A stretch of 61,463 nt of DNA, filler included, from Squatina squatina (lineage: Eukaryota): NCBI GenBank assembly GCA_031763465.1. It is 4 parts of 4 records of this genome, joined end to end, with 100 filler letters (N's around TTAATTAATTAA, not from the genome) between each part and the next. Parts side by side here need not be neighbours in the genome. Positions count along the whole stretch, not along the records: positions 31,093 to 48,491 come from JARFOE010386075.1; positions 48,592 to 61,463 come from JARFOE010000219.1; 2 more parts are not named here. The stretch is one strand, 5' to 3'. The notes beneath the pieces were generated by a model. It was not told the DNA's origin and searched no databases. It was given only the letters and a program-made list of their open reading frames with translations. This document shows positions 37,691 through 50,406 of the stretch, piece after piece (positions within the stretch are counted from its first letter, which is position 1; each line of letters begins with the position of its first letter). The position numbers were made by a program, and so were the translations under genes.

Positions 37691-38635
37691 TCAAAATTCT
37701 GGGCTGTCCATCAGAATCGCATTCAGTCATTACATTCTGAATTTGTTTTTGTTCGACCGCTCAACATTTTAACCATCATACACATATTGGTAGCTAGCGG
37801 AATCTGCAGGAGGCTCCGAGATCACAGCAGTGTTAAATTCCCAGAGATCCAATGATGGAGAGCTGAAGATATCATTTTCATCATTTTCATTTTTCTTGTC
37901 TCTGGGGATGTCTTATTCTTATGGACTGTGTTTCTCATGTTTCTTATAAGCGAACGATTGCAGCTTTTGGGGTACCAGTCTAATTCTTTTATTTTGCACA
38001 AGAAATAAACCTCATGCTCCAGCTCCTGAGTTGCTGCACAAACACTTGCATTTATGCCCTTCGCCAGTCTAATTTCAGTGGAGAGTGGAGGGATATGGTG
38101 AAAAATCATTTTCTGTAATTGAAAAATACATTAAGTGATGAAAACAACTAAAGATTTTGTCGCATCAGAAATCAAATCTGCCTCATAAACTCACCAACCC
38201 GATCTCCCCTGCTGGCCCAGGGATTGTGTTAATATTAACACATCACGGTGCACATCAAAACCCGCCAGCAGTGAGACCATGTTTACTTTAAAAGACTCCC
38301 ACTGAGCCGAAAGAATATTAGCATTCTGACAGAGGCCACAAGTTAAGATTAACTCACTCACTGTGACACACTTTCTGCAGTATTAGACTTCCAGTGGCCA
38401 ACAGAACCCAATAAAACACTCCCAGGGACCCTTGGCTGATCGGAACTCCCTGTGAATATTAACCCAGTCCCTGTTTGACATTACCTGAATCACAGAACAC
38501 TCGGCACACAATAGAACACCACCAGATACATTCTTTGTGCAATAAAATTCGACCTCAAATCCGCAATAAATATTAAACACATATGGAGACACATTGTTAA
38601 TAGCAACACACAGTTACTCGTTCCTTTGGGCAAAT

Positions 38636-41600
38636 CTCACTCACTCTATTGTCTCCCCTCTCTCTCCCTCGCTCTCTCACACAGACACTCACTCTCTCAC
38701 CTGGTCTGCCTCACCTCAAACTCCCATCTCTCTAACTCTCACTATTTTTCGCTCTGTAGTCATATTTGTTAATACTCTCGTGCTTCATCTCTCTGCTGCT
38801 CCCTCTCTTTCTCTTTTCCTCACACATGCTCTCACTCGCTATCCCTTTCCTGCCTTGCCTCACCTCAATCAGTCTCTCGTTCTCTTTCACTCTCTTGCCT
38901 GGTCTGCCCCAGCTCTCTTTCTCTCCCCCTCACGCTCTCCCTCACCTCTCCTACCTGACATCTCCCGCTCTCTCTCTTATAATATCTCTCCCGTCTCGCC
39001 ACCCTGAAATGGCACTTTATCTTGCTCTGTCTCTGTCACTCACTCTTTCGCTTGTTCTGCTTCACATATTTCTCTCCATCGTGCATACGCTCCCTCTCTC
39101 ACCTGGCCTGCGTGGAATAAGATAATCGCAGAGGAATCAACAAATAATTGTATTTGTCTTCACGGAATAAGACACAAAGAACTCCCAGCAGCACTAAAGA
39201 ACCATCGGTTTGGACAGTATGATGAACTGAATGAAATTAGTAACAAGTAGTAGTAGAGAAATTAAGGGCACTGCAAGTCAATAAATCACAAGGACCTGAT
39301 GGTCTACATCTCAGAGTTTTGAATGAGATGCATTGGTTGTCATCTTCCAGAATTCTATAGATTCGAGAATCGTTCCTGCATATTGAAGGGTAGAAAATGT
39401 ATTCCGACTATGTAAGAAAGCAGGGTGCTGAAGACCGATTAGCCTGACATCAGTAGTAGGGGGAATGCTAGAATCTATCATAAAGAATGTGATAACAGGA
39501 CAATTAGAAAATAATAATATGATTGGGGCAGAGTGAACATGGATATATGAAGGGAAATCGTGTTTGACAAACCTATTGGGGCTCTTTGAGAAGTTAACTT
39601 TGGAACCGTTAGTGCATGTAATCTATTTGGATTTTCAGAAGGCATTCGATAAGTTTCCACAAAGGAGGCTGGTGAACAAAGTTAGAGCACATGGGTGTAT
39701 TATACTGAGAATTGGTTAAGAGACGGAAAACAGTTATTGTGAATAAATGGGCCTTTTTCAGAATGGCTGGCCAGGACAAATGGCGAGCCACAGTGATCGG
39801 TGCTTGGGCCCAAGATACTCACGATTTATATCAATGATTTGGATGACGGGGCCAAATGTGATGTTTCCAAATTTGCTGATAACACAAAATTGGTGGGAAT
39901 GTGAGAAGTAAGGAAGATGCAAAGAAGTTTAAAGGGGATAATGACATGGTATGCGTGTGTGGAAGTGCATGGCAGATGAAATATAATGTGGGAAGAAGTC
40001 AATTTCTTATCTGGCTTGAGTTGGGTCATGTCGATGTTGAAAGGGACCTGGGTGTACTTGTACACGAGTCACTGAAAACAAACGTGCAGGTGCAGCAAGC
40101 AATTGGGAAGGCAAATGGTATGTTGGCCTTTATTACAAGAGGGTTTGAGTACAGGAGCAAGGATGTCCCACTGCAATTATTTCGGGCCTTGGTGACATCA
40201 CACCAGGAGTAATTTGTACAGTGTTGGTCTCCTTACCAGCAGAAGGATGTAGTCGCCATAGACGGAGTGCAACAAAGACTGATTGCTGGGATGGCGGGAT
40301 TGTCATATGAGGAGACATTCAGCAGACCATGGATGTATTCTCTAGAGTTTAGAAGAATGAGAGCTGATCTCATTGCAGGATAAACAATTCTTACAGGGCT
40401 CGACAGGGTCGATGCAGGGAGAATGCTTCCCCTGGCTGGAGAGTCTTCAACCAGGTTTCACAGGCTCAGAATAAGTGGTGGACCATACAGGACTGATTTG
40501 AGGTGAAATTTCATTACTCAGGGGTTAGTGAATTTTTAGAATTCTCTACCCCAGCTGGCTGTGGAGGCTCCGGTCTTGATTACATGCAAAACAGTGAGTG
40601 CTAGATTTCTGGATATTTAAGCCATACAGGAATATGGGGATAGTGCAGGAACATGGCGTTGAGATAGAACATCGCCATGATCCTGTTGAATGGCAGAATA
40701 GGTTTGAGTTTCTGAATGGCCTAATTCTGCTACTCTTTCCTATGTTCTCTCTCTCTCTCTTTCTCTCACTCTCCCTCTCTCGCCTGTCCTCCCTCTCCCC
40801 GTTATCCCTCTCTCATTCACTTGCTCACTCTCTGAACCCGCCTGCCTCCCCACTTAATTTATCTCTCCCTCTCTAACTTAATCGCTTTTGAAAGTTATTA
40901 ACTGAGCTGCTTCCAGCAGTCTTTCAGACAGTGCATTCCAGACCGTAATATAACTCCGTTCACCACAACAAGTTCCAGCACAGCTTCCTACATTATTGGT
41001 CTGGAATCACACTGATCAACATAATTCTCCTGTAGACATTTTATGAATATCTCCCTCCAAATCCATCTCGTCCTTTACATTGTTCTTTTCGGAGCGTGTA
41101 TTTGGATACTTCAAGCTCCTCATTATCACATTTCCAATGCTCTGCGTGTTCTTGAAGTTTACATGCAAATTTGTTGCTCTCCATCTGTCTCACTATTTGG
41201 TGGCCTATATATACACAAAACATCCTAACTCCTCGATTGTCCCCTTGTCCTAATCGAATCGATTCAATATTTGAACCCACAAGCATTTCCTCCCTTTGTT
41301 TGATTGATATTGTTACTCCAGTTCTCATGATTTCCACGCGTCCCGTTTCTAAATACATTTCAGCCAGGAGGATTAAGTGTCCATGACTCCTCTTGTTTCA
41401 GTCAAGTCTTCGTTCCTGCCGCTATAACATAATCCCAGGTGAGAATTGCTGCCTTCAGACAGAGTAGATAGAGAGAGTCTCTTCCCTTTGTGGAAGATTC
41501 GAGTACCAAAGGGCATCGGTTTAAGTGGATTGGCAGAAGAGCCAAAGGCAATACAAAAAATACTTTTTTACACAGCGAGTGGTTGGGATCTGGAATGCAC

Positions 41601-43250
41601 TGTCTGAAAGTGTGGTCGAGGCAGATTCAAGCTGATCTTTGAAAAGCGAGTTGGATAAGTGCCTGAAGGAAAGCAAATATAGGGCTACGGGGAAATAGCG
41701 GGGGAGTGGGGCTTGCTGTAAACTGATACATGCTCGACATGCTGAATGGCCTTCTCTACTGCTGTAACAATTCTGTTATTCTTCGAATTCACCAATATTA
41801 ATCACTAGGCTCCAGGCATTTTTACACTAGAACTCCGAACGCATCTTTGTCTCACTTGCAAATTCCCAGTCTGAGTCCATTTCTGAAATACTCTTTATTC
41901 TTTTGCTGACGTCTCCCCCGAGTCCACTGACCAACTTACATCTCCTCTCCATAACCTTCATTCTGGTGCCTCGCCACATGCCAGCTGAGTTTAATCCATT
42001 TGCCACAACACTCGCTGAGCTGCCCGCGAGGACGTTGGTACCAGCAACTGTTGAAGTTCTACCTGTCCGTCCGATAGAGTTCCATTTTGCCACAGGAATC
42101 TGACGACTGACCAATTGAGTGGACGTATTAGATTGCACGCCAGGGTTTTAAAGGGATTAAAGCAGGGAAGCTTCAGGTGCTTTAGCCGTAATCTTCTAAA
42201 GCTCTCTTGATTCAGGAACACTCCCTTTGGAATATCTATCTTTTATATGAACTTGCAAAAGGATTTGGATAAGGTTCCTGTAAGCAGCCTGTGGGTAAAA
42301 TGAATGCCCAAGGAATTGAAGGCAAGTTATGGACCTAGTTCGGAGATTGGTTAGGCAGTGGAGGGCAGGGAGTAGGGGGAAATGATTATGTATTCCAATT
42401 GGAGGGAATTGACGAGTGGTCTCCAATAGGGTTTGTGCTGACTTACAACTGTTCCCTGTATTTATTATTGATTTACATAAACAAGGCAGAGCTATATAAC
42501 GAATTTCTGGGCACATGAGTGGCAGAGATTTGTATGATCTTAATTTTATGGAGGTTAGAGTTGGGGAGTAAAAGCAGGAGTGCATTGGAATAGTCAAGCC
42601 GAGAAGTGTTAAAAGCATGGGTATGAATGTCAGCCACATATACGTTGAGTTAAGTGCATAAGCGGGCGATATTATGAAGGTGGAAATGGACGATTTTCGT
42701 GAAAGAACGCATATGAGGTATGAAGCTCAATTCATGATCACATGAAATTTGAATAGAGAGTTTGAATCTATGGAGATCATGGTGTGAACCCATGAGACTG
42801 GCATCGGTCCTGGAAATATTTAATCAGAGGAAATTTCTTCTCACCTCGTGCAGAAAAGCAGCCGGATCGTATAGAGATGTTGGAGGGTTTTGCAGAGGTG
42901 GACGAGAGGAAGGTTAAGGTACCATCAGCGTACATGTGAAAACTCACGTAGTGTTGCCGGCTGATGTCACTGAGGAGAAAAAAGAAGATAAGAAATATGA
43001 GGGTGTCATGAATAAATCCTTGGGGACAAGAGTGGAGAGTGTGGGGTCGGGAAGAGAAGCCATTGCAGGTGATTTTGTGATCTTCATCGAGTGTGGGACT
43101 GAGCCCCGCACACAGTGAAGGAAGCTCCCTGGCTTCATTTCCACCCGGTGCCAGTGAACTGGCCTCTCTCACTAGATGTGGTAATGAGCCGCATTTACAG
43201 GAGAGGATGAACCCAGGTTCCATGCCCAGCCTTTGCCCAGTGTGCTGCCT
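38636..43250 (+). repeat. Composite duplicated unit, copy B
   Basis: Anchors shared with copy A: ctgcgtggaataag (31505/39108), aatcgct...tattaac (34662/40880), cgaattcaccaa-attaatca (35413/41784), ggacgtattaga (35747/42121), gtagtgttgccgg (36629/42948). Confidence 0.75.
39110..40747 (+). mobile_element. 5'-truncated degenerate CR1 LINE (paralog of 31505-34226)
   Basis: Contains IYLDFQKAFDK, KFADNTK, ERDLGVLVHESLK and ANGMLAFITRGFEYRSK, plus the 3' UTR. Confidence 0.85.
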
Positions 43251-45069
43251 ATGAGGCGGCAGCGAGGCCCAAACTCGGTGGCCGCAGTGATGGGCAGCGG
43301 GCCTGTGAGGGACCTCAGGAGGCGAGCACAGCTTAAGAGAGTGGGAGGCGGCATCGAGGCCTAATGTCGGTGGTAGCATTGAGGGGCAGATGACCTGCAA
43401 GGGAACTATCCCACCTCACGGAGATTTGGAGGCAATGTCACGGTTCGAAAAGCGATTGCAGGGAAGGCAGCTGTTTGGGAAATAGGATCAGGTAAGTATT
43501 TCCACTACTATTTAAAGTTATGTCGTTTAAGCTAAAATAAAGACAAGGCCAGCAGATTATTGGAAGGAGTATTGAGAGTGAAATAATGCCCTGGTATAAT
43601 TAGTAATCTATAATTTAATTTAGTTTAATTTAGAGTAATTTAAAGGTAATTCGTGGCAGGAGAGCCCAGACTCATGAAATGCTCCTCGTGCGCTATGCAG
43701 GAAATGAGGGACAATTCCAGTGGCTGTGGTGACCATGTTTTCAGGATATGGATCCAGCTGCTGTTACTGGCTATCCACATTATGGAGCTAGAGCTGAAGA
43801 TGGATTCACTGTGGAGTATCCACGATACTGATATGTACGTGGAGAGAACGGTTAGTGATGTGATCAAACCGCAGTTAAAGACTGCACAGGCAGGATGGGG
43901 ATGGGCGACAGCCAGGCAGAGTAGAAGAAGGCAGGTCGTGCAGGAAGCCCCTGTGGCTTTCCCGCTCTCTAACAGATATAGCACTTTGGATATTGTTGGG
44001 TGAGGTGGCTTATCGGGGAAACGCAGCAGCAGCCAAGTTCGTGGCATCACGTGTGGCTCTGCTGCGGAGTAGGTGTGGGGATGTGGAGGGGGGGAGGAGC
44101 GTACAGAGTGGTATAGCCATAGTGATACAGGAGTCAATCGTAAGGGAACATATAGGCTTTTCTGCGGCCACAAATGAGACTCCAGGATGGTACATTGCCG
44201 CCCTGGTGCTCGGGTCAAAGATGTCTTGGAGCACCTGCAGGGCATTCTGGACGGGAAAGAGTGAAGATCCAGTTGTCGTGGTACATATCATTGCGAATAA
44301 TTTCGGTAAAAAACGGATGAGGTCCTACAAGCTGAATATAGGGAGTTAGGAGGTAAATTAAAAAGTTGGACCTCAAAGGTAGTAATCTTAGGATTTCTCC
44401 CAGTGCCATATATAAGCGAGAGTAGAAATGGGAAGATATATCAGATGAATATATGGCTACTGAGATGGTGAATGGGGGGTGGGGGGGGAGTCATATTCCT
44501 GGAACATTGGGGAAGGTGGGACCAGTACAAACTGGACGGGTTACATCTGGGCAGGAACGGGACCGCTGTCCTTGGGGTGCTGTCCGGGAGGGTTTAAACG
44601 AGAATGGACGGTGGATGGGAACCTGAGCAAGGAGAAAGAGGAGGGGAAAACAGGAGAGAAACGAAAGACGGAAAAGGAAAAAGCAAAAATGGAAGGCAGA
44701 TAAATCAAGGGCGAGAAGCAAATGGGTTCACAGAGCAAAAAAAGATAAGATGACTAATCATTTCAAAAAGACAAGCCTAAAGTCATTGTGCCTTAATGCG
44801 CACAGCATTCGCAATAAGGTTGATGAATTAACAGCCCAAGTAGACATAAACAGTTTGGTTATGGTTGTGATTATGGACACATGGCTGCAAGGTGAGCAAG
44901 GACGGGAACTGATCATCCAGGGGTATTCAATATTTGGGAAGGATAGACAGAAAAGGAAAAGGAGGTGGGGTAGTGTTGCTGGCTAAAGAGGAAATTAATG
45001 CAATAGTGAGGAAGGATATCAGAGTAGATCATGTGGAATCTGCATGGGTAAAGCTAAGAAACAGCAAGG
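43250..45069 (+). mobile_element. CR1 LINE 5' half: 5' UTR, ORF1 (CxxC motif and SGNH esterase) and start of the endonuclease
   Basis: ORF1 reads MAGEPRLMKCSSCAM...LSNRYSTL, then esterase remnants (AIVIQESIVR, PVVVVHIIAN). The ORF2 start is LKSLCLNAHSIRNKVDEL...DTWLQ. Frameshifted. Confidence 0.85.
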
Positions 45070-48000
45070 AGCAGAGCGGAGCGGAGCTGCTATGAGGGCT
45101 GTTGAGTGTAAAACGCCCGCCAAAAATCCACAGGGGAGGCAGACAGGAGCAGAGCTACGCAGCGAGATCAGCGGCAGAGTTCCAGGTGATGTCATAACTT
45201 TAAAAGTGAGGCGGGGCAAGAGGAGGCAGTTGATTGGGTAAGTAGGTTCAGGTGAGTATTACACAATTTTATTATTCCTCCAGCTTAGCACTTAAAATAT
45301 ACAGGCTGTAAGGTCTATAGTTTGTAGTGAGGAGAGCTAAGTGAATTGGGCCCTTCACTAACTATTCCTTGATATTCGGAGCCCTCCAGCATATTCTTTA
45401 ATTAAAGAGAGGAACGAGGGAATTAATCTAAGGGTAAGTCATGGCAGGAGTCCCCGGCCCCGTGGCATGTTCCTCCTGTGCTTTGTGAGAAATTAGGGAT
45501 ATTTCCAGTGTCCCTGATGACCATCTGTGCAGGAAGTGCATGCAGCTGCAGCTACTGGCAGACGGCCTTGTGGCGCTGGAGCTGCTGATGGATTCACTCT
45601 GGAGCATCCACGATGCTGAGGACATCATGGATAGCACGCTTAGTGAGCTGGTCACACCTCAGGTACAGGCTGCACAGGCAGAAAATGGATGGGTGACCAA
45701 CAGGCAGAGTAGTTGGTGCAGGCAGGTGTCCCCTGTGGCCATTCCACTCTCAAATAGTAAGGGGGCTTTGGTGATTGTTGGTGAGGTGGCTTATCAGGGA
45801 AAGACAGCAGCAGCCAAGTTCTTGGCATCATGCGTGGCTCTGCTGCACAGGAGGGGAGGAAAAAGGGTGGAATTTCCATAGGTATAGGGGACTACATTTT
45901 AAGGGGAGTAGACAGGCATTTCTGTGGCTGCAAACGAGACTCCAGGAAGCTATGTTTTAACACTGGTGCAAGGGTCAAGGATGTCTCGGAGCAGCTGCAG
46001 GGCATTCAGGAGGGGGAGGGTGAACAGCCAGTTGTTGTGGTACATATCGTTACCAATGACATAGGTAGAAAAAGGGTTGAGGTTCTGCAAGCTGAATATA
46101 GGGATTTAGGAGGTAAGTAAAAAGAAGGACCTCAAAGGTGGTAATCTGAGGATTACCCCAGTGCCACGTGCTAGTGAGAGTAGAAATAGGAAGATATATC
46201 AGATGACATGTGGCTGGAGAAATGGTGCAGCAGGGAGGGATTCAGATTCCTGGGACATTAGGACCGGTTCTGCGGAAGGTGGGACAAGTTCAAACTGAAC
46301 TGGTTGCACCTGGGCAGGGCTGGGACTCATGTCCTCGGTGGGGTGTTTGCTAATGCTGTCTGAGAGGGTTTAATCTAGAATGCCGGGTGCATGGAACCCT
46401 GAGCAGGGAGACAGAGGAAAGGGAAAAAAATGATAGTTACAAAAGACAGGAAATAAAAGTGCAAAACTGGAAGGCCTAGAAATCAAGAGCGAGAACCAAG
46501 CAGGGCCACAGAGCTAAATAATGATTACAAGACTAAGAATGTTAAATAAACAACCCATAAGGCTTTGTGTTTGAATGCATGGAGCATTCATTATAAAGTA
46601 GATAAATTAATTGCGCAAATAGATGTAAACGGGTATGATATAATTGGAATTACGGAGACATGGCTGTAAGGTGACCAAGGGTGGGAAATGAACTTCAGGG
46701 TTAATAGGTACTTAGGAAGGAGAGTGAAAAAGGAAAAGGTGGAGGGGCAGTATTGCTCGTTAAAGAGGAAATTAACTCAATAATGAGGAAGGATATTAGC
46801 TCAGAAGATGAGGAATCTGTATGGGTGGAGCTAAGAAACAGCAAGGGGCAAAAAACATTACTAAGTGTTCTATTTAGACGCCCAAATTGTAGTGGTGGGG
46901 TTTGGGATGAAATTAAACAGGAAGTTAAAGACACGTGCAATAAAGGTACAGCTGTAAACATGGTTGACTTTAATCTACATATAGATTGGGCTAACCAATT
47001 AGGTAACAATATTATGGAAGAGGAATTCCTGGAGTGTATACCTGATGGTTATCTGGACCAATAAGTTAAAGAACCAACTGGAGAATGGAGTATCCTAGAC
47101 TGGGTATTATGTAATGAGGAAAGATTAATTAGCAATCTTGTTCTGCGATGCCCCTTGGGCAAGAGCGACCATAATATGATAGAATTCTTCATTATGATGG
47201 AGTGTTGAAGTAGTTGATTCTGAGACTAGGGTCCTGAGTCTCAATAAAGGAAGTTACGATAGAATGAGATGAGAGTGGACTAGGGTAGATTGGGGAACAT
47301 TACTTAAGAGGTTGACAGTGAATAGGCAATGGCAAACATTTAAGGAGTGCATGGATGAGCTCCAACAATTGTTCATTGTTCTTTCCTATCTGGCACAAAA
47401 ATAAAACAGGAAAGGTGGCTCAACGGTGGCTTACAAGGGACGTTGAGGTATCATTAGGTCCAAGGAGGAGACATATAAATTGGCCAATAAAGCAGCAAGG
47501 GAGCAGTTTATAATTCAGCAAAGGAGGACAAAGGTTTTGGTTAAGAGGGGGAAATAGAAATGGGAGTAAGTTTGCAGTGAACATAAAAACTGACTGTAAA
47601 AGCATGCAGAGATATGTGAAGAGAAAAACATTTGTGAAGACATGCATAGGTCACTTACTGTCAGAAATAGGGGAATGTATAATAGGGAACAAAGAAATGA
47701 CAGAGCAATCAAATACATACTTTGGTTCTGTCTTCACAAAGGAGGACACAAATAATCTCCCAGAAATGTTCGGGAACCGAGGCTCGAGTGAGAGGGAGGA
47801 ACTGAATGAAATCAGTATTATTCGGGAAATGGTGTGAAGGAACTTGACGGGACTGAAGGCCGATACATACCCAGGGCCTGATAATCTGCATCCCAGAGTA
47901 CTTAAGGAAGTGGTCCCAGAACTGGTCGATGCATTGGTGGTCATCTTCCAAAATTCTATCGATTCTGGAACAGTTCCAAAGGATTGGAGGATAGCTAATG

Positions 48001-48135
48001 TAATCCCACTATTTCAAAAAAGAGGTCGAGAGAAATCAGGGATTATAGACCAGTTAGCCTGACACAGGTAGTCGAGAAAAGGCTGGAGTCAATTAGTAAA
48101 GATGGAATAGCAGAGCACTTAAAAAAAGCAGAGAC
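45070..48135 (+). mobile_element. Second CR1 LINE, 5'-intact and 3'-truncated
   Basis: ORF1 from 45441 reads MAGVPGPVACSSCAL*...HLCRKCMQLQLL...IGDYILRGVDRHFCG...VHIVTNDIG. Endonuclease remnants include ITETWL, MVDFNL and SDHNMI. It ends shortly after the YRPVSLT motif. Confidence 0.88.
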
Positions 48136-48145
48136 AGTGACAGTG

Positions 48146-48491
48146 ACCGGGTATTTAGTAATGAGGAAGGGTTAGTCAGCAATCTTGTTGTCCGAGGGCC
48201 CTTGGGCAAGAGTGAGCATAATATGGCAGAGTTCTTCATTAGGATGGAGAGTGACATAGTTAATTCAGAAACAAGAGTTCTGAACTTAAAGAAAGGTAAC
48301 TTTGATGGTATGAGACGTGAATTGGCTAAGATAGACTGGCAAATGATACTTAAAGGGTTGACGGTGGATAGGCAATGGCAAGCATTTAAAGATCGCATGG
48401 ATGAACTACAACAATTGTTCATCCCAGTTTGGCAAAAGAATAAACCAGGGAAGGTAGTGCATCCGTGGCTAACAAGGGAAATCAGGGATAG
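48146..48491 (+). mobile_element. CR1 endonuclease C-terminal fragment
   Basis: Open frame GPLGKSEHNMAEF...PWLTREIRD up to the scaffold end. Confidence 0.85.
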
Positions 48492-48591
48492 NNNNNNNNN
48501 NNNNNNNNNNNNNNNNNNNNNNNNNNNNNNNNNNNTTAATTAATTAANNNNNNNNNNNNNNNNNNNNNNNNNNNNNNNNNNNNNNNNNNNN
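48492..48591. other. Artificial scaffold linker (44N-TTAATTAATTAA-44N)
   Basis: Same structure as the other two linkers. Confidence 0.95.
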
Positions 48592-49539
48592 TTTTCAGGA
48601 ATTTGAATTTCCCTTATCCCATATGTAGAATACATTGCACAGCATGGCTGAGTGCACTTTGGTGTTTCCTTAAGCTACCTGCTGTGAGTATGATGATTCA
48701 GGTTTTAGTCTACCGTACAACAAGATGTATACCATAAAACAGATTAATTTGAACAAATTATCCAACTATGCAAATATAGACCTTTTTCACAGTCCTTCCA
48801 TTTAGCATAAATGCAGCATTTTGCTTGTGTAAATAATTCTTGAAGGATGGAGAGTTGTTTTCGGACCTTTGTGTGTGTTTGTTTTTTGATAACATTTGTG
48901 CTACAGATTATTTGGATACGATTTCTATTTGAACTCGGCAAGAGGATGTTGTATTATAAAATATTTCTGGCACTTCCTCTTGGATGAGGCCTATTTTGCT
49001 CATTTTATTTATTTACACACTTGGGAGCTGAAATTTCTATTTTTACAAAAAATGGGAGAAATGCCTGTTTTTTGCCAGTTAGGAAACTGCTATCAGTTCA
49101 TGGTAACCAAGATTCTTGATGTGTCTAATTACTGAAAATATGTTTTTGCTTCTGGCATTGAAAAACTAGCGGACAAACATAATGCACCTGTATCGATGTT
49201 CGAATGCTTGTTAACACCTTGTATGGGGCACTGGAGACTGGATTAATGGCAGCTGCAAATTCACATTTTAGTGATACCATGCTGCAAATTCCCGTGAACT
49301 CTGTAATGGAGCATTGCATGTCATGGTGGAGGAAAGCACGCAAGTACGCAAAGGAGGAGGCACGTGTGAGTACGTAGAGAGATGCATCAACGTTCAGAAG
49401 GACCTAGATGAAAGTGAGATGAAGATATATAAATGAATGCACAAAAGTAAAGCATACGTATTACTTAAAATTGCATCACAGAACATATGGCAAGTTGTAG
49501 TTGTAAAAGACATATTTCAAAAAAAGCAGCATGAAATGT

Positions 49540-49650
49540 TTACAGTACAGCAAGGGCTTAAAGTGAACATAGCAAGTTTAACCAAATTACTTTGTATATG
49601 TTATGATGGGGCAGATAATGTATCGCAAGAAGTTATTTCAATGGGCCAAA
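49540..49650 (+). mobile_element. Possible degraded hAT transposase fragment
   Basis: LLCICYDGADNVS resembles the hAT/ZMYM1-type motif GQCYDGAxNMS. It is a single short motif. Confidence 0.3.
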
Positions 49651-49799
49651 TCACCCTGCCTCAATCCTCACTGCTCATATTTTAAAAGGTAAAACTGATC
49701 TAACCTGATGGCACAAGGCAGAACAAGCAGTGTATTCCAAGACCATAAACCACTGATACCACTGATCTCACTGAAGCAGGTTATTGTTGAGCGAAAATA

Positions 49800-50005
49800 A
49801 CACAAAAGCAAAATACTGCAGATGCTGGAAATCTGAAATAAAAACAGAAGATGCTGGAAATACTCAGGTCAGGCAGCATCTGTGGAGAGAGGAACTGAGT
49901 CAACGTTTTGTCATCGACTAGAAACGTTAACTCTGTTTCTCTCTCTCTCTCTACAGATGCTGCCTGACCTGCTGAATATTTTCAGCATCTTCAGCAAATC
50001 TGTTT
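49800..50005. mobile_element. Penelope-like palindromic repeat with partly deleted hammerhead core
   Basis: Inverted arms gatgctggaaatactcaggtcaggcagcatctgtggagaga ... tctctacagatgctgcctgacctgctgaatattttcagcatc. It keeps gaaacgttaact but lacks CTGATGA. Confidence 0.7.
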
Positions 50006-50347
50006 GGGGTAAAAACAGGTCATTTTTCATTTTATAGTCTGTGAACTTTGCTGTTTGCAAATTACCTGAATTTGCCTGCATGACTGTGTGCTTTAAAACT
50101 AACTAACTCGTTGGCTGTAAAACACTTTGAGATCTCGAATATTTTTTCTTCCTTTTTCATCTTGGAGCAGTAAGAACCAAAAGTAGCTTTAATAGATTTT
50201 AAGGTAACGGGCAGACTTGATTCATGCCTCTGAGAAAATGTCACCTCTGGTATCTTGACAGAAGTTGCCCTTTTATACAACACAAAATTTAGGATATTGT
50301 TGGCTATTTTGACCAACTTCTGCTTTTCCTTGGTGTGCATGAGCTCT

Positions 50348-50351
<4 letters not shown>

Positions 50352-50404
<53 letters not shown>
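50352..50404. repeat. (CT)n microsatellite
   Basis: Perfect dinucleotide run. Confidence 0.95.

Positions 50405-50406
<2 letters not shown>

Noticed and set aside
37740-38290. Possible Ig/TCR V segment with a recombination signal
   Set aside because: A nonamer-like ACAAAAACA exists (37752-37744), but there is no CAC heptamer at 12 or 23 spacing, and the Cys/Trp spacing does not fit a V domain.
48599-48683. AG...GTGAGT-bounded segment with one open frame (NLNFPYPICRIHC...)
   Set aside because: The acceptor context is cut off by the linker, the peptide is unrecognised, and its phase does not join directly to the 59082 candidate.
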